Below are positions 25,018-38,354 of a DNA stretch of 64,000 nucleotides, one piece after another. Position 1 is the first letter of the stretch. The number at the start of each line of letters is the position of its first letter. Both the position numbers and the translations under genes were made by a program. The stretch lies in NCBI RefSeq assembly GCF_021028975.2, contig NC_059426.1, positions 110,732,001 through 110,796,000 on the forward strand. Reading direction: 5' to 3'. The notes beneath the pieces are model-generated. The model searched no databases and was not told the origin of the DNA. It saw only the letters and a program-made list of their open reading frames with translations. The DNA comes from Sphaerodactylus townsendi (taxonomy: Eukaryota).

Positions 25018-25312
25018 AGAAGAGTTTGGATGTTTACCCTGCCTTTTTCTCCTGTAAGGAGACTCAAAGTGGCATACACATTTCTTTCCCTTCCTCTCCT
25101 CTCAACAGACACCCCGTGAGGTAGGTGGGGTTGAGAGAGTTCTGAAAGAACTGTGACTAGCACAAGGTTGTCCAGCAGGAATGTAGGAGTGGGGAAACAA
25201 ATCTGATTCACCAGATAAGAGTCTACCAGTCTTGTGGAGAAGTGCGGAATCAAACCTGGTTCTCCAGATTAGAATCTATCTGCTCTTAACTGGTACACCA
25301 TGCTGGCTCTCT
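25018..25312 (-). mobile_element. Squam3-like SINE
   Basis: Reverse complement of the 6824 element (GGAATCAAACCTGGTTCTCCAGATTAGA...GCTCTTAAC). Confidence 0.85.
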
Positions 25313-26683
25313 CATGGAATGAAATACCCTTAACCAGGGTTGAGCAGGTGAACATGTAATTCTGTGACCACTGTTTCCTGACTAACAGGAGACTCTGAAA
25401 CAGTACATATAGAAAATACTAACACTGATCCATTAACTTAGAACAAGCGGACCAGTAAGTAGTCACTTGGCAGTTATTAGTGTTTAATATCTGTTTCAAT
25501 CTTCCAACAAGGCTGGGAATTCCATGCTTGAGGGCAAAATCTTGAATCTTCTTTCTGTTTGTTTACCAATTATATATAATTTTTTTAAAAAAAAACATTA
25601 AGTTTTAAGTTCAGATGCTCCTCTGCTCTTTCTCCAACAAAGAAACTTTTTCCAAATCTTCTCTCATGGAAGGAAGTATCTCTTTATTTGAACAATAGTG
25701 GAATCAGTGGAAGTTAGTAACAGGATCCATTTTAGTGAAAGGAAATCATTTGAGATCCCTATGCACATGAACAGAGATAAAAAGTCAAAATGGCACATCT
25801 AGTATTCCCAGTATCACAAAAAGACACTCTTAGATTGTGACATGTGGAAAAGTATCAAATCGACACAAAGAATAGTGGTTAATGAACTTGCTGCCTTTCA
25901 AAGTATTCTACTGCACCTCCGCTATATTGTAAGTATAACTGTATAGAGAAATACTCACCAGAGTTAAGTAAACTCACCCATTGCCTTCCCACCCCTTTCC
26001 TGCTGCCCCATGCTTCTTTTGATTCTGTTTCTGCAGTGGGGTCTGACTTTTTCATTTAATGTCTCACACTACAATAAAGCAGTAACAAAAAACACAGTAC
26101 ATTTATTAAAACTTTGTTTGGTTCAGCCATTGTGTTATCTAACTGTAATATTAAATATATAGAGAGAGGCTTCCTCTAACCAGATTGTCTGTTTCCTCCT
26201 TCCACTTAAGGATCTAGTTGCCTTTCCCACTAGCTCTTGTAAAAAGGTTCCATCATTAAATGAGCTGCAGAGTCAAACCCTTTTCTTCACTGGGGATAGA
26301 GTTCACAATGTTCATTACAGAACAGTTGCTTTCAAGCAATGCTTTTTGCAGCCCTGTTGCCTGCAAATGTTTCCTGGCAGGGTTGAGGGATTAATTTTGA
26401 GAGCAGTCAACTCTGCATCTATCCCTAATGGAAATGTTCATCAAAGCAAAAGAGTCAGGCATGTCAAGATTGGGGACACTTTGTTGCAAATCCAACAGTG
26501 GCACCTTGTGGTAAATAGCCTGTAAACACTTGTACTATGAAATATGAAGATCTCTATGAGGAATACTGGTGTCAAACAATAACATATTGTTTGGAATTCC
26601 CTCAATGAGAAATATGGCAAACATAGCATGGAAACATGTATGTGGTGACTCACAGAATTTCACGTGCTATTTTTTAAAAGAAG

Positions 26684-28005
26684 TGTTAATAAGAAAAGGC
26701 AAATAACATTAATGTATATAACAAAGTGAGAAATTAGGCTGAGTGGAGTAGAATTTGAATTTCTAATTCTGTCCTCAAACCTTTGCATTAACATTAGAAT
26801 GAAGTTGAACTCTTCTGCCTAATATATAAAGAAAGCAACTAAGTGAAGAAAAGCCATTTGTTATCCCCTCACTGTTTTGACAGATCATTTTCCAGTGCAC
26901 TATTGCTTCAATGGCTATATGCAGATTTTTTGTGTAATTTGAAGCTGTTGGGGACTAACAACACTTTTATCTCCTCAGCTGCTCACTCTCCTTGCTGTCT
27001 TGGGAGGGGATTCCCAGCTTCATGTACTAAGTCATGTGTGACAAACTGCAGAGAAAAGTGTGTTTTAATAAGTGCAGATCTGTTGGGAGCCATTATTGTT
27101 TACACTCAGAGTGAGGCATAGAAGCCTGGGAATAGGGAGACCACCTGATTGGCTGAAGCAACCCTGTACTCCAAGGTGATGCTGTATTCATAGAAGACTT
27201 GATGTCACTGAGAGGGAGGAGGTTATCTCCCTGTGTAAAATTATCTGAGAGGCTTTTGGAACTTGAAGATCCTGAAGTGAACAGCTATCTGCCTTTGCTG
27301 TGTTTAGCATATAATCTCTCTGAGGAAAGTAGTTCAGTTAGTGAAGTAATTTTTTTCTTATTCTACTGTGGACAGCTCCCTCACTATGAAAAATAACCAG
27401 GGAGGGATACATCTTCCAGGAAGAGGAAATACGAATCCGAAATACCAGTGAGTCTAGGGAATTGGGTTTTGCTCTGAGTTTCCTCTAAAGAGACTGTTTT
27501 ATGTTTATGTTGGGTTTTCTATCTGTGAGGGTTGCGTGAGATTACTGAAGTTAATGTACCAAGCCTGATAGAACCCCATGTGTTTAATCCTTAAGACAGA
27601 ACGTCTAAGTAACTCTACTATCTAGAAAACATCTAATTATCATCTAAACTTACAGAAATTGAACAAACATATTTAAGCCTGTGCCTGAAAGCAAATATTG
27701 CTTATCTGTCAAAGATCTTTGTTGTAAATATAAATTTCTGCTGCCTTATCCATTCCTTTCTCCAAGTTATTAATCGCATATTCTCATCTGCTCTCATTAA
27801 AAATTTTATATTCTGTTTAAGTTATCTCTGCCTCATTGTTTTGGTATGTCTTATAAAAGGGGTTTGCCAAGAAAGATTTTAAAATCATGGGCTTCCTTTA
27901 TCTTCTGGGATTATAACAGGGCTGAGGAACAGTGTTTCTTATTACCAAATGCTCCATTTCTGAAGCAGTTCAGTTTCTGAGTTGAAAAGGAGGGAAAATC
28001 TGACA
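26684..28005 (+). mobile_element. Possible solo LTR
   Basis: TGTTA... start and ...GGAGGGAAAATCTGACA end, with ATTAAA near 27796. No TSD; boundaries uncertain. Confidence 0.3.
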
Positions 28006-29299
28006 AGCCTGGTCAGTGAGTGGTTTCCCTGCCTTGGTGGTATTGGATGGTGTGTCGGTCCACCTCAGCATGCACTAAGGCTGCTAGAAGCTTTCATTTT
28101 CAAAACTTACTCTTTTTGACTTCTAATATTGGGGTGTCTGTAGCTGCTGCCACCAGAGATATTGTTGTATCAATAATGTATTCCACTAACTGGAGTATAA
28201 ATGTGTGTGCATGTATAAACGAAGAGTCTTGGTTTTACTCTATCTCCCTTTTCTTCTTAGTGATGCATATTAGCACCTATTTTTAAAGTAAAGCTGGTAG
28301 GTTATGGATGAGTTTTTTCTAAAAAGCTCTCTCAAAACCAGTTCTTAGGTTTTAAGAATTTTATTGTATAAGTATGGTTGTTTCCACACAGCAAATGTAT
28401 AGCGGTTTGTAGTCATGATAAAGGAACTTGTTTTCCTGTGTTCCTGTTCACATGTGTCTCATGCAGGCAGCAATTGGAGCCCACAGAAACAATCCAGGTT
28501 GCTGTTGCACCTTCACACAGAGACACTTAAAAAAATTTCTGGCAAAACATGCATAGCTATGCAGGCATTCAAAAAAGAACCCCCACAGCCCTGTCAATTG
28601 TCTCAGAAAGTAAGCAGAAAGTGTGGTGGAAGGGAGGAAAATAAAGCATCTCCTGCCTGGTCGTTTGCTTAGGAGCGGCTTCAACACAGGATTTTTCAAA
28701 AGGATCACCAGTTTAGTGATTTTCAAAAAACCTGAGTTGGGGAAAATAAAACAGGACAGGTTCATTTTGGGGCAGGACCTGTGTTGTCCATCCCCCAATG
28801 GATTGTGTGCTGTTCTACACTTGTCTCTTTTGACCCATGCAGATTTGACCTATATGCACTAGAAAATCACAGACACCTGAGGACACTCAGTAGATAGGTT
28901 CAATAATAAAGTTTTAGCAAAACAAATGAACATACAGTTGCTGGCTATAACTACTTAAAATACCGAAGCATCCCTCTCATGAGGGAGGGGTTCAAGGCAC
29001 AATACTGAAAAGCTTAGAGAGGCTTGTCCCAGACATTGCTGGAGACTCTTGCTGTCTTGCCTGAATGTGCCTTAAACATGTGCTACCCATACAACCCAAA
29101 GCTAATGCATACTGCAAAGATATCCCACACTACTGACAATTTTTTTATTTGGCATCAGATGATAGTAATCATATTTGCAGGGAATTGTGGTGATATTCCA
29201 GATGTTCTCACAAGGTCTTGTATCATATTGATATTCTGAGATTATTTTTAATTGTAAAATATTTGTTATATTAAACAATTGATTTTTTTAAAAAACCCT

Positions 29300-29490
29300 T
29301 TTGTTGTTGTTGTTGTTGTTGTTGTTAATTGGATTTGGTAATCCTCGAATGGCTCTGGGTGGTATACAATAAGCAACAACCAACAAGTAAAATACAACAA
29401 ATCCAAAATATAGATTAAAATACAATAAATCACAGATAAAACCCTGTAAAACAACAGCAGCATAACCTATAAACCAATTACAGTACAATG
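29300..29490 (-). mobile_element. 3' UTR and (CAA)n tail of the older antisense L2 whose body is at 32461-33695
   Basis: (TTG)n at 29300-29325 and GGCTCTGGGTGGTATACAA, which is the reverse complement of the L2 3' motif GTGCACCGCCCAGAGCC seen at ~32345. Confidence 0.7.
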
Positions 29491-32392
29491 GCATCCTGTC
29501 CCCAACCCCCCTACACAGTGGCAGTCCCCGTCCCAGAGGTCACCGGCATGGAATGTGTCGGCCTGGAGTGGTTGGCCCCGGAGAGGTTGGCCGTTCTCCT
29601 GGTGTACCGGTCGCCTAGCGCACTGGGAAACGGCCTGCCACAGCTGCTGGAGGTGGTGTCGGACTGGGCGTTGCGGTTCCCCAAGCTTATTGTTTTGGGG
29701 GACTTCAACGTCCATGTCGATGCCGCCTCATGTACAGCGGCTGCGGACCTAGTGTCATCCATGGCGACGCTAGGCCTCTCCTTAATAAATTCTGGCCCCA
29801 CCCATGAGGCTGGGCACACGCTGGATTTGGTCTTCGGGTCGGGGATAAATTTGGTCGTATCCTCTACTGAAAGAGTGCCATGGTCCGACCATTATGCCCT
29901 GAAGGTCCGGTGGACTTGCCGTGATCACCTTCCGCTTCTCAGGCGACGGGCTGATTTATGCCCGCCCGCCATGAGACTTATGGATCCACTTGGTTTCCTG
30001 AATGCTCTGCGGGACCCTGAACTCACTGCACGCTCGATGAGCAAGTGGAGGACTGGAATTCCCGGCTCTCCGATGCCATCGATGCTGTTGCCCCCCGGCG
30101 CCCTCTACGTCCCCGTCTACGTCGCGCTCCATGGTATACTGAGGAGTTGCGTCATATGAAATGGGAACTTAGACGTCTAGAGCGAGTGTGGAGGAAAACT
30201 CGCGACGAAGCTGCGTGAACATCTTATAGGACGCTTATGAAAGCCTATGAGGTGGCGTAATGGTATTTAAGCTGAAGAGGGCTTTCTTCTCCTCCTCCTC
30301 GATCCGCCAGCTCCTCGCCCAGCGAATTGTTTCGCATAATTCGGTCATTGACCTCCTTATCGGAGAGATCTTCAAATTCTCAATTGAGCATCAGCCGTGA
30401 GGCATTTATGAGCTTTTTTGCGGATAAGATTGGCGTCGCTCCGCCACGCTTTAACCTTCCGGCACACATTGGCTACAATTAGTGAACTGGAGACTCCCTT
30501 GCCGCCTTCAGGCCCTTTGTTTGGCCCAGTTTTCCCTGCTCTCTGAAGCCGCTGTCGACAGAGCCTTTAGCTGCTGTTAGACCTGTCCTTCTGGATCCGT
30601 GTACGTCCTGGCTTGTGAAAACCTGCCGGGCGGAGCTACGACCCCATCTGTTGAGCATAATCAATGGTTCCCTTGAGCAAGGAACCTTCCCGGATGGGTT
30701 GAAGGAGGCAGTGGTCCACCCACTCCTAAAAAGACCATTGTTAGATCCGAGTGATCTGGCCACTACCGCCTGCTTCGAATCTTTCGCTTCTGGGGAAGGT
30801 AATTGAGAAAGTGGTGTTGGAGCAGCTTCAAGGTTTTCTGATGACACATCGCTTTCACCCCTTCCAGTCCGCTTCCAGAGCTGGGCATGGGACGGAGACT
30901 GTTCTCGCCGCCGTCACAGATACACTCCAGATTCAGCTAGACCGAGGCGGATCGGCGCTGCTGGTGTTGTTAGATCTCACCGCAGCGCTTGACGTGGTCG
31001 ACCACGCACCTTTGACCCACCGCCTGGTCAGCTTCTGGAGTGCGAGGCACTGTCCTTCAATGGATTGCCTCGTTTCTCCGGGGCCGGAGCCAGCAAGTGA
31101 GGTGCGGGGATCAAGCCTCCTTGGAAGTGCTCCGCTTCCAATGCGGTGTACCCCAGGGGCACTATTATCCCCGCTGCTATTTAATATCTATATGCACCCC
31201 TTGCTCAGCTGGTACGGAGTTTGGGGCTGGTCTGTCATCAGTATGCAGATGACACACAGCTCATTCTGTTGATGGAGGGGAGCAACCGCCACCCCGCGGC
31301 TCTACAGCATTGTTTGGAGGCGGTCGCTGGCTGGTTACTGCAGAGCAGGTTAAAACTGAATCCATCGAAGACGGAGATCCTCTGGCTCGGCCGCGGAAGG
31401 GGAGGGTCTTTCCAGCCACCGTGTGGGAGGGGGTCACTTTGGCGCCGACTCCCTCCGTTCGCAGCCTGGGGGTCCACCTGATTTGTCTCTATCAATGGAG
31501 ACCCAGGTGGCCCATACAACCCGGCTGCTTTCTTCCACCTTCGCCAGGCCCGACGGCTGGCGCCCTTCCTCTCCCAAGCCGGACTTAGCCACTGTGATCC
31601 ATGCAATGGTCATCTCCAGATTAGACTATTGTAACTCGCTGAGTGACGCGGGCCTTCCCTTGCGTTTGATCCGAGATTAAAACTGGTCCAGCACGCGAGC
31701 GGCGCGCTTGCTGGCAGGTAGCCACCTGGTATCACATCCAGCCTATACTGCACCAGCTGCACTGGCCTCCAGTGGAATTCCGGATCATCTTCAAGGTGCT
31801 GGTATTGACCTTTAAGGCCTTACGCGGCCTGGGACCATCATATCTTCGAGACCGCATCACCCCATATGTCCCCGCACGGCCTCTTCGATCAGTAGAGGCC
31901 AATCTACTGGTGGTCCCTGGCCCCTCGGTGATACGGCTGGTTTCCACACGGGCCAGAGCCTTTACGTGCCTCTGGCCCCGCCTGGTGGAACGCTCTCCCT
32001 CCATCTGTCCGGGACTCCCCTGCGGGACCTCGGGTGAGTTCCGCGAGGGCCTGTAAGACGGAGCTGTTCACGACCTTCGGAGGCACTGGTCAAGTTGATG
32101 GTGCCCCTCCTCCCGCCCTGATATCGGGGTCAGATGTCATCTTAGGACTTCGCCACTCCTCCCTCTTGGAAGGGGAGGGAATTTTTAGACTGAACATGGG
32201 ATTTCCCCAGGAGGGAGGGAACTAAAATGGTAGATTGCTGAACGCCACCTATCTTATTGTAACTTATTATATTTATTAGAAATGTTTTTATGTTTTCGCT
32301 GCTTTTAAATGTTTTAACTGCTTACATTGTTGCCTTCTATGCTGTGCACCGCCCAGAGCCCTTCGGGGATGGGGCGGAATAAAAGCTCAATA

Positions 32393-32460
<68 letters not shown>
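29490..32460 (+). mobile_element. L2-clade LINE (EN, RT, 3' UTR, (TAA)n tail), CpG-rich
   Basis: VLGDFNVHVD, GPTHEAGHTLDLVFG, WSDHY; LLDLTAALDVVDH, GVPQG, HQYADDTQL, SRLKLNPSKTEILW, VIHAMVISRLDYCNSL, FKVLVLTFKALRGLGPSYLRDR; stem-loop CCGCCCAGAGCCCTTCGGGGATGGGGCGG then (TAA)n at 32389-32460. Many 1-2 bp frameshifts. Confidence 0.95.
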
Positions 32461-32461
<1 letters not shown>

Positions 32462-33695
32462 CTCAAATCCCTGGGAAGGGGCTAGATGGTACATGGGGCA
32501 TCAGGAGGGGGCAGACCATCTGCGGCCAGCCTCCCCAAAGACCCAGTGGAACAGCTCAGTTTTACAGGCCCTGCGGAACTCATCAAGAGCCCACAGGGCC
32601 CTAACAGATGGAGGAAGAGCATTCCATCAGGCAGGGGCCAGGGCAGAAAAGACCCTGGCCCGGGTAGAGGCCAGCCACATCATTGCAGGGCCAGGAACCA
32701 CCAATAAATTTGCCTCTGTGGACCACAGAGTCCTAGTTGGGACATATGGGGTAAGATGGTCTTGCAGGTATGAGAAGACTCCAGGTGGACCCCAAGGCTG
32801 CGTGCCGAGGAGGTTGGTACCAAAGGGACCCCCTCCAACACCGGTGGCTAGAACTCCCCAAACCCCTCCCCACGGCCCAGCCAGAGAATCTCCATCTTAG
32901 ATGGATTAAGTTTTAACCTGCTGTGCTTCAACCAACCAGCATCCGCCTCCAAACAATGCTGTAGAGCTGCAGAATGAGCTGAGTGTCATCCGTATACTGA
33001 TGACAGATCAGCCCAAAACTCCGCACCACTGAGCAAGGGGTCACATGTAGATGTTAAACAACAGTGGGGATAATAGCACCCCCTGAGGCACACCGCACTG
33101 AAGTGCGCACCTCCAGGAGGCCTGATTCCCACACCGCACTTGCTGACTCCAGCCCTGGTGGAATGAGGCAATCCACTGAAGGACCATGCCACGGACCCCA
33201 GAGACAGCCAGGCAGCGAGTCAAAAGATTGTGATCGACCATATCAAACACTGCGGTAAGATCTAATAATACCAGCAGCGCCAATCTGCCTCGGTAGAGCT
33301 GCATGCAGAGTATATCTGTGATGGCATCAGCAACAAGGACAGTCTCTATCCCGTGCCCAGCACGGAAGCCAGACTGCAAGGAATCGAGTGCCGATGTGTC
33401 CCCCAGAAAGCCCTGAAGCAGCTCCAGCATCACTCTCTCAATTACCTTCCCCAGAAATGAAATATTCGAAATGGAGTGGTAATCGGCCAAATCACTAGGA
33501 TCTAAAGATGGCCTTTTTTAAGAGTGGGCAGACCACTGCCTCCTTCAACCCACCTGGGAACACTCCTTGCTCAAGAGAGCAGTTGATAATATCCAACATG
33601 TGGGGTCGCAACTCCTCCCAGCAAGCTTTAATTAGCCAGGAGGGGCACGGATCCGGATGGCAGGTAGTAGGTCTAACAGCAGCCAGGACCCTATA
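32461..33695 (-). mobile_element. Older L2 LINE, RT and 3' region
   Basis: ORF 33041-33490: ISNISFLGKVIERV, QSGFRAGHGIETVL, LLDLTAVFDMVDH, GVPQGVLLSPLLFNIYM. Confidence 0.92.
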
Positions 33696-35579
33696 GAGCT
33701 ACATATATAATATGTGTATCTCTCTGCTTCATGTAATATCTCTGTTCCTCTCAAATTTACCTCAGGTATGGTTACTATTTACAAAGGGAAAAAATGCTAT
33801 GAATTAATGTTTGAAGAATAAATTAGTTAATTTCAAATGCTCTTGAAATTTGAAATTTCAAATGCTCAAGTCATTTTTGTTTTTAATGTTAGCTGTGTCA
33901 GTGGCCCTACTGACATTCATGTCTATGCTTAATCTTTCCTGCCATTGAGCATAACTGATATTTTCCATTTGCTATAATGATGTTATGACTGCAAACTGAG
34001 CCAGAGCAGTAAGCCAGTGGGTGAAGTTACAGCATTTGTTGGCCTACTTTGTTACTAAGAGCAAGTCAGGATCCAGTCACTATGCTATTCCAAATGAAAT
34101 CTAGCTTCATACAGATTGATCTGGTCACCATGTCAGAACTAATTTTGCACAAGCCTCCAATCTTCACTCTGGATGAGTTTCGCCACAGTGCCTGAGGAGT
34201 AATCTCCATCACAGCTGTTAATAGTGGGCATTGGCTGTGACTGTATTTGTGAATTTCCTTTAACTTTAATGCCTTCTGAAAGCACTGATGTGCTATATTC
34301 TTGAAGCGGGAGGTTTGTTCCACTGATCCATTACCCAAATTTGCCTGGTTTGGAGTGGTGCTAAAATAGTATGTTGGAAAATATGCAAGTTCCTCCTGTG
34401 AATAATAATAAGTCTGAGTTAGACGCACAGTAAATAATAAAAAAAATGCAGATTAATCTTCTGCTATGTTGATTCCTAAGTGACTTTTAGAAGCAGCTTT
34501 GCCTGTGGCACAGTGCAGTCAAAGCCATTATCCTCCCATACACTACAATAATGACAAAACACATGCATCGTAATGTAAACTTACAACCTATTTCCAGGCA
34601 GATACAATTCGCCTGTCATCTTTTTTCCAGCAGCAGCAAAGGCAGCAGTTATGGCCTTGGTGAGGGGAAAATGTTTAAAAACCTCATTCATATTTATCAG
34701 ATGATTTTGCATTGTTCAAAGCTTCCTTGTGCAATTGACATTTTTGTATTGCTTTTCTTGGCTAAATAGAGGTCCAGTTCAATCTAATCCATATGTAATC
34801 TAAAGAATAATGTAACCTTCACAAGGAAAAAAATGCTCCCCTGTCTTGAATACTCCTGGAAATGCTTTGTTATTGAAATGTGCTGGACGTTCTTAAAGCT
34901 GAAATCTAATCAAAGCTCCCCCCCCCTTTTTTTTCTTTTTTAAAAGAAATTGTCCTAGTCTGAAAATTGTCATGCTACTGCCTCGGTCCATGTAATCATC
35001 TCCTTAAAACCTATGAGATCCTCCAATTTGGCTCCTAATATTTACTATTTGGGTCTAATTGTGGTCTGATGGAGAGTGGTGACCATGGAACCAAACTAAT
35101 AATTGGCTATAGACCAAGTACTGCATTTTTTTAAAAAAATAAAATAAAATGGAAATAACATACACATACCTTATGAATCTTAAGAACACACCTTATTGCC
35201 ATTGTTTTCTGGTGAATTTAATTTTGACAGCAATGAAAAACCCAGCTTCAGATGCTGCCTTGAGGCTAAATGCATATTATATGGGATCACAAAGTCCCCC
35301 CTCTTTTGTCTCACGGGAAAAAGCATCTACATATAGGAGGAATCTTGAGTTAGGTGCACATGCAGCTCAACAATGGGCAGTGCTTGACCTGGGCACCATC
35401 TTTAGTAAATAAATGCCTGACAGTGCAACATTCAATAAATAGATGGCACACTGAAATTCTACGTTTATCCCACTCTGCTTCAGTAGGCCCATAAACATTC
35501 ACTTAAAGGGGGGGGGGGGCTCTGCTGGTGGCCCGCATGATTTATAGAATGCTCACAAAGTTATCAACCATATTCCTCT

Positions 35580-35690
35580 CTTGCAGGCCCTGTGGAGCTG
35601 AAAAGGGTCCTGTGAGGCTCTGGTCTCCTTAGAGACTTCCACAAGGCTGGGGCTATGGCTGAAAAGGCCCTGGCCCTTGTTGAAATCAAA
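35580..35690 (-). mobile_element. L2 3' fragment
   Basis: GCAGGCCCTGTGGAGCT...GAAAAGGCCCTGGCCC matches 32565-32665. Confidence 0.55.
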
Positions 35691-37395
35691 TGGATATTTG
35701 TATTAAAAGACTCCCAGTACATATATATTCTTCAGACACAGGTTAAACATGTCACTTTACCTACTTAGATCCCAGTCCAGCATAGATGTAGGTATGTTTT
35801 TATCATCTGCAATCAATAGCTGTAAACCTAGCTGTGTTTGAATATTACCTTAATATTTCACTTACCAAAAATACAGATTACATTAACTACCATATAAACG
35901 GTAGTTCGGTCTACAGCACCAGGAATGTTATCTTTCACTTTCTCATTTATGAAAGGCTTATTAATGACAAAGCTTAAGAAGTGTGCCTCAGCATGTGTCA
36001 CTTAATTGATAATAGCCTGCTTAGCTCAATTTTCTTCAGGTTAAAGGGCACTGATTGCTGATGGTTAAAATAAAGTTAATAATAAAGCCAAACAAAAACT
36101 ACTATTGTTGTGATCTGCACGGCAGGCCTTTGTATTTTTATCCCCTTAACATTAGATTAATGAGTAGCATTGATCACAGGCATTCAAGGCTGGGGGTAGA
36201 AATGTGCAGTTTCCTAGTCAAGTTGCATTATGTACCAATTGTTCATGTATACCTTCTAGACAAAGAAGATAAAAAGGTACAAGATGTTTTAGCTTAGGAG
36301 TTTAGATCTTTTTCAAACTAACATTCTCCAGTAAAAACTGGAACTTGCTGAAGGTAGAGCTAAAGCTTTTAAAAAAACTGCGAGTAATGATGAATGGCTT
36401 TAACTGAGTACCAGTTTTGTGTGCTGCAGGCTAATAGGAGGGTGTGAGTAAGGCAGAATGTGTGCAGGCGAAAACAAATAGCTTATGTGATGAATATAAT
36501 TTTCTCTCTTTAATGCCTTTCCATTTGCTTTTCCTTTGTTCATGTCCCCCTTCTCTTTATAAATGTATCACTAGGTTCACCAAATTTGTCTTATTCTTGG
36601 CACAAGCCATAACTAAAAATTTTCACAGTATTAATTTTGCAAAGTACAATTATTTTTGTTAACTATTCTAGGTTATAATAGCTACCTCATATATTCTGGT
36701 TGTACACATCTGATTTTTTTTCTGCTCCCAATATGCAAGCCACACATTGGCTTGAATCCATTGCAACTTTTCAAAGGGTAGAAGGATCTTCACCCACACA
36801 GTTCAACTTTTTATGTTTCCCCTCTCCAAAATGACCCCAAATTCTGACCTGGGAACAGCATTTAGGAGGGTGAACTTAATTTTACTGGGAAACGGTAAGT
36901 AAGAAAGTTGCATTCTGCAGGAGGAAATCCTTCTGTTCCTGAAATGCTCCAGTGCATCCAAGCCAACAGGAGTTGTAGGCTGGTACTACAGACACACAAT
37001 AAATATGAAAACAAATACCATGGTCAATTTGAAAAAAAAAGCAATTGTATCATGTGATGCAAAATTAAGTCAACTGCACATTCAAATACAATATTGGGAT
37101 TCATGTTCAGATTCATGTAGATGCACGACCATATTGCTTGCTTACCAGTGCCCACAGCCATCTATCCAGATGACAGATGCTGTTCAATGTGTATGAACTG
37201 TATGAATTAAGCATACATAATATGTATGAATTAAGCATTCTACAAAGGAGTATTTAGTTTTAAAATATAGCTGTTCTTCTGAATTTACCAATACACATAT
37301 TTTAGAAACTAGCATAGGACAGACTATTTCAGGGGTGATGGAGGACAGTTCTTAGCTATTAGTAGTGAGGATGGACAGATTAGGCAACAGTCTTA

Positions 37396-38354
37396 GACCC
37401 TTTTTTCATGTTGAAATTGCACCAGTGTGAGCGCACAGGGAATATACCTGTGCATTCAAGGATTCCTTATGGCTCACAGAGCTGCACTGTGTCTGCCCCA
37501 GTGTGGCCCTGGCACCACCCTGTGGTATTGCTTTTGATCCACGAATTTCAGAAATCACTAGCAAGGTGGTACTTTTAAAATACCCCTGTGCAACCCCGAT
37601 GCCATGCAAAAATTGCAACAGCAAGATCAGCGGCAGAACTTTTGTATTTTTCCTGCCATTCTGGCCTGCCGTTCTGCTGTCCTGCTGTTCTGGCCTGGAA
37701 ATACAAATGGCAAAGATGGGGAGTGTGCGTGCTTCGATCACATTAAGCAGAGGCTTGTGTGCAGCCCAAAGAGGAGTGAGGGGGTCACCCTCTGCTGAGC
37801 CACAGTGGCAAAAAACATCTGCTGGAGGAGGGGGGAGATTTACAGGTGGGGTGGAGAGGAGAAGAGAAGAGAAGAGGCAAGTGTGAAAGGAATCACGGCT
37901 TCCCAGCCATCATCTGTATAAAAGGGCTCCCCCCTCCTCTCCTAAATAGAGTCTTTCACTGCAGCCATTGCAGAAGGGCTGCTCCCCCCCCCCCCACTCA
38001 TATGCTTTCCTCCCAACCTGCCTGGGAAAGGTAGACTGCTCTTAATTCCCCCTTTCCCCCTTTTCTCTTTCTAAACCCATGGTTTCTTCCCCCATGAAAG
38101 TGAATGGGGGAATGAGGGAGAATGATGCCATTTGAGCCAGCGGCCAATCAGAATGTGGGAAATGGAGGTTGTCTGAACATGCACAGAATAGATCGTGGGG
38201 CAAATGAAAAAAGCCCTGTGCCCATGCAGAAACAGCTGGAGCAGTGCAGGGGCAGAAGCAGGGATCCATGCAGAATCACAGATAGGGGCAAAATTGTCTC
38301 GGTATGTGAGATCCCAGGTCCACCCAGGTGCAATTTCACCTTGTAAAAATGGCC
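37396..38354. mobile_element. PIF/Harbinger-type non-autonomous element, ~960 bp
   Basis: TIRs GACCCTTTTTTCATGTTGAAATTGCACC / GGTGCAATTTCACCTTGTAAAAATGGCC; TSD TTA on both sides. Second copy at ~57760-58511. Confidence 0.85.

Noticed and set aside
28092-28260. Minus-strand exon ending at a GTAAGT donor
   Set aside because: The upstream acceptor gives stops in all three frames; the short alternative peptide is unrecognisable.
28400-28850. Additional Harbinger-like remnant
   Set aside because: Only a decayed right end (CATGCAGATTTGACC); no matching left TIR or TSD.
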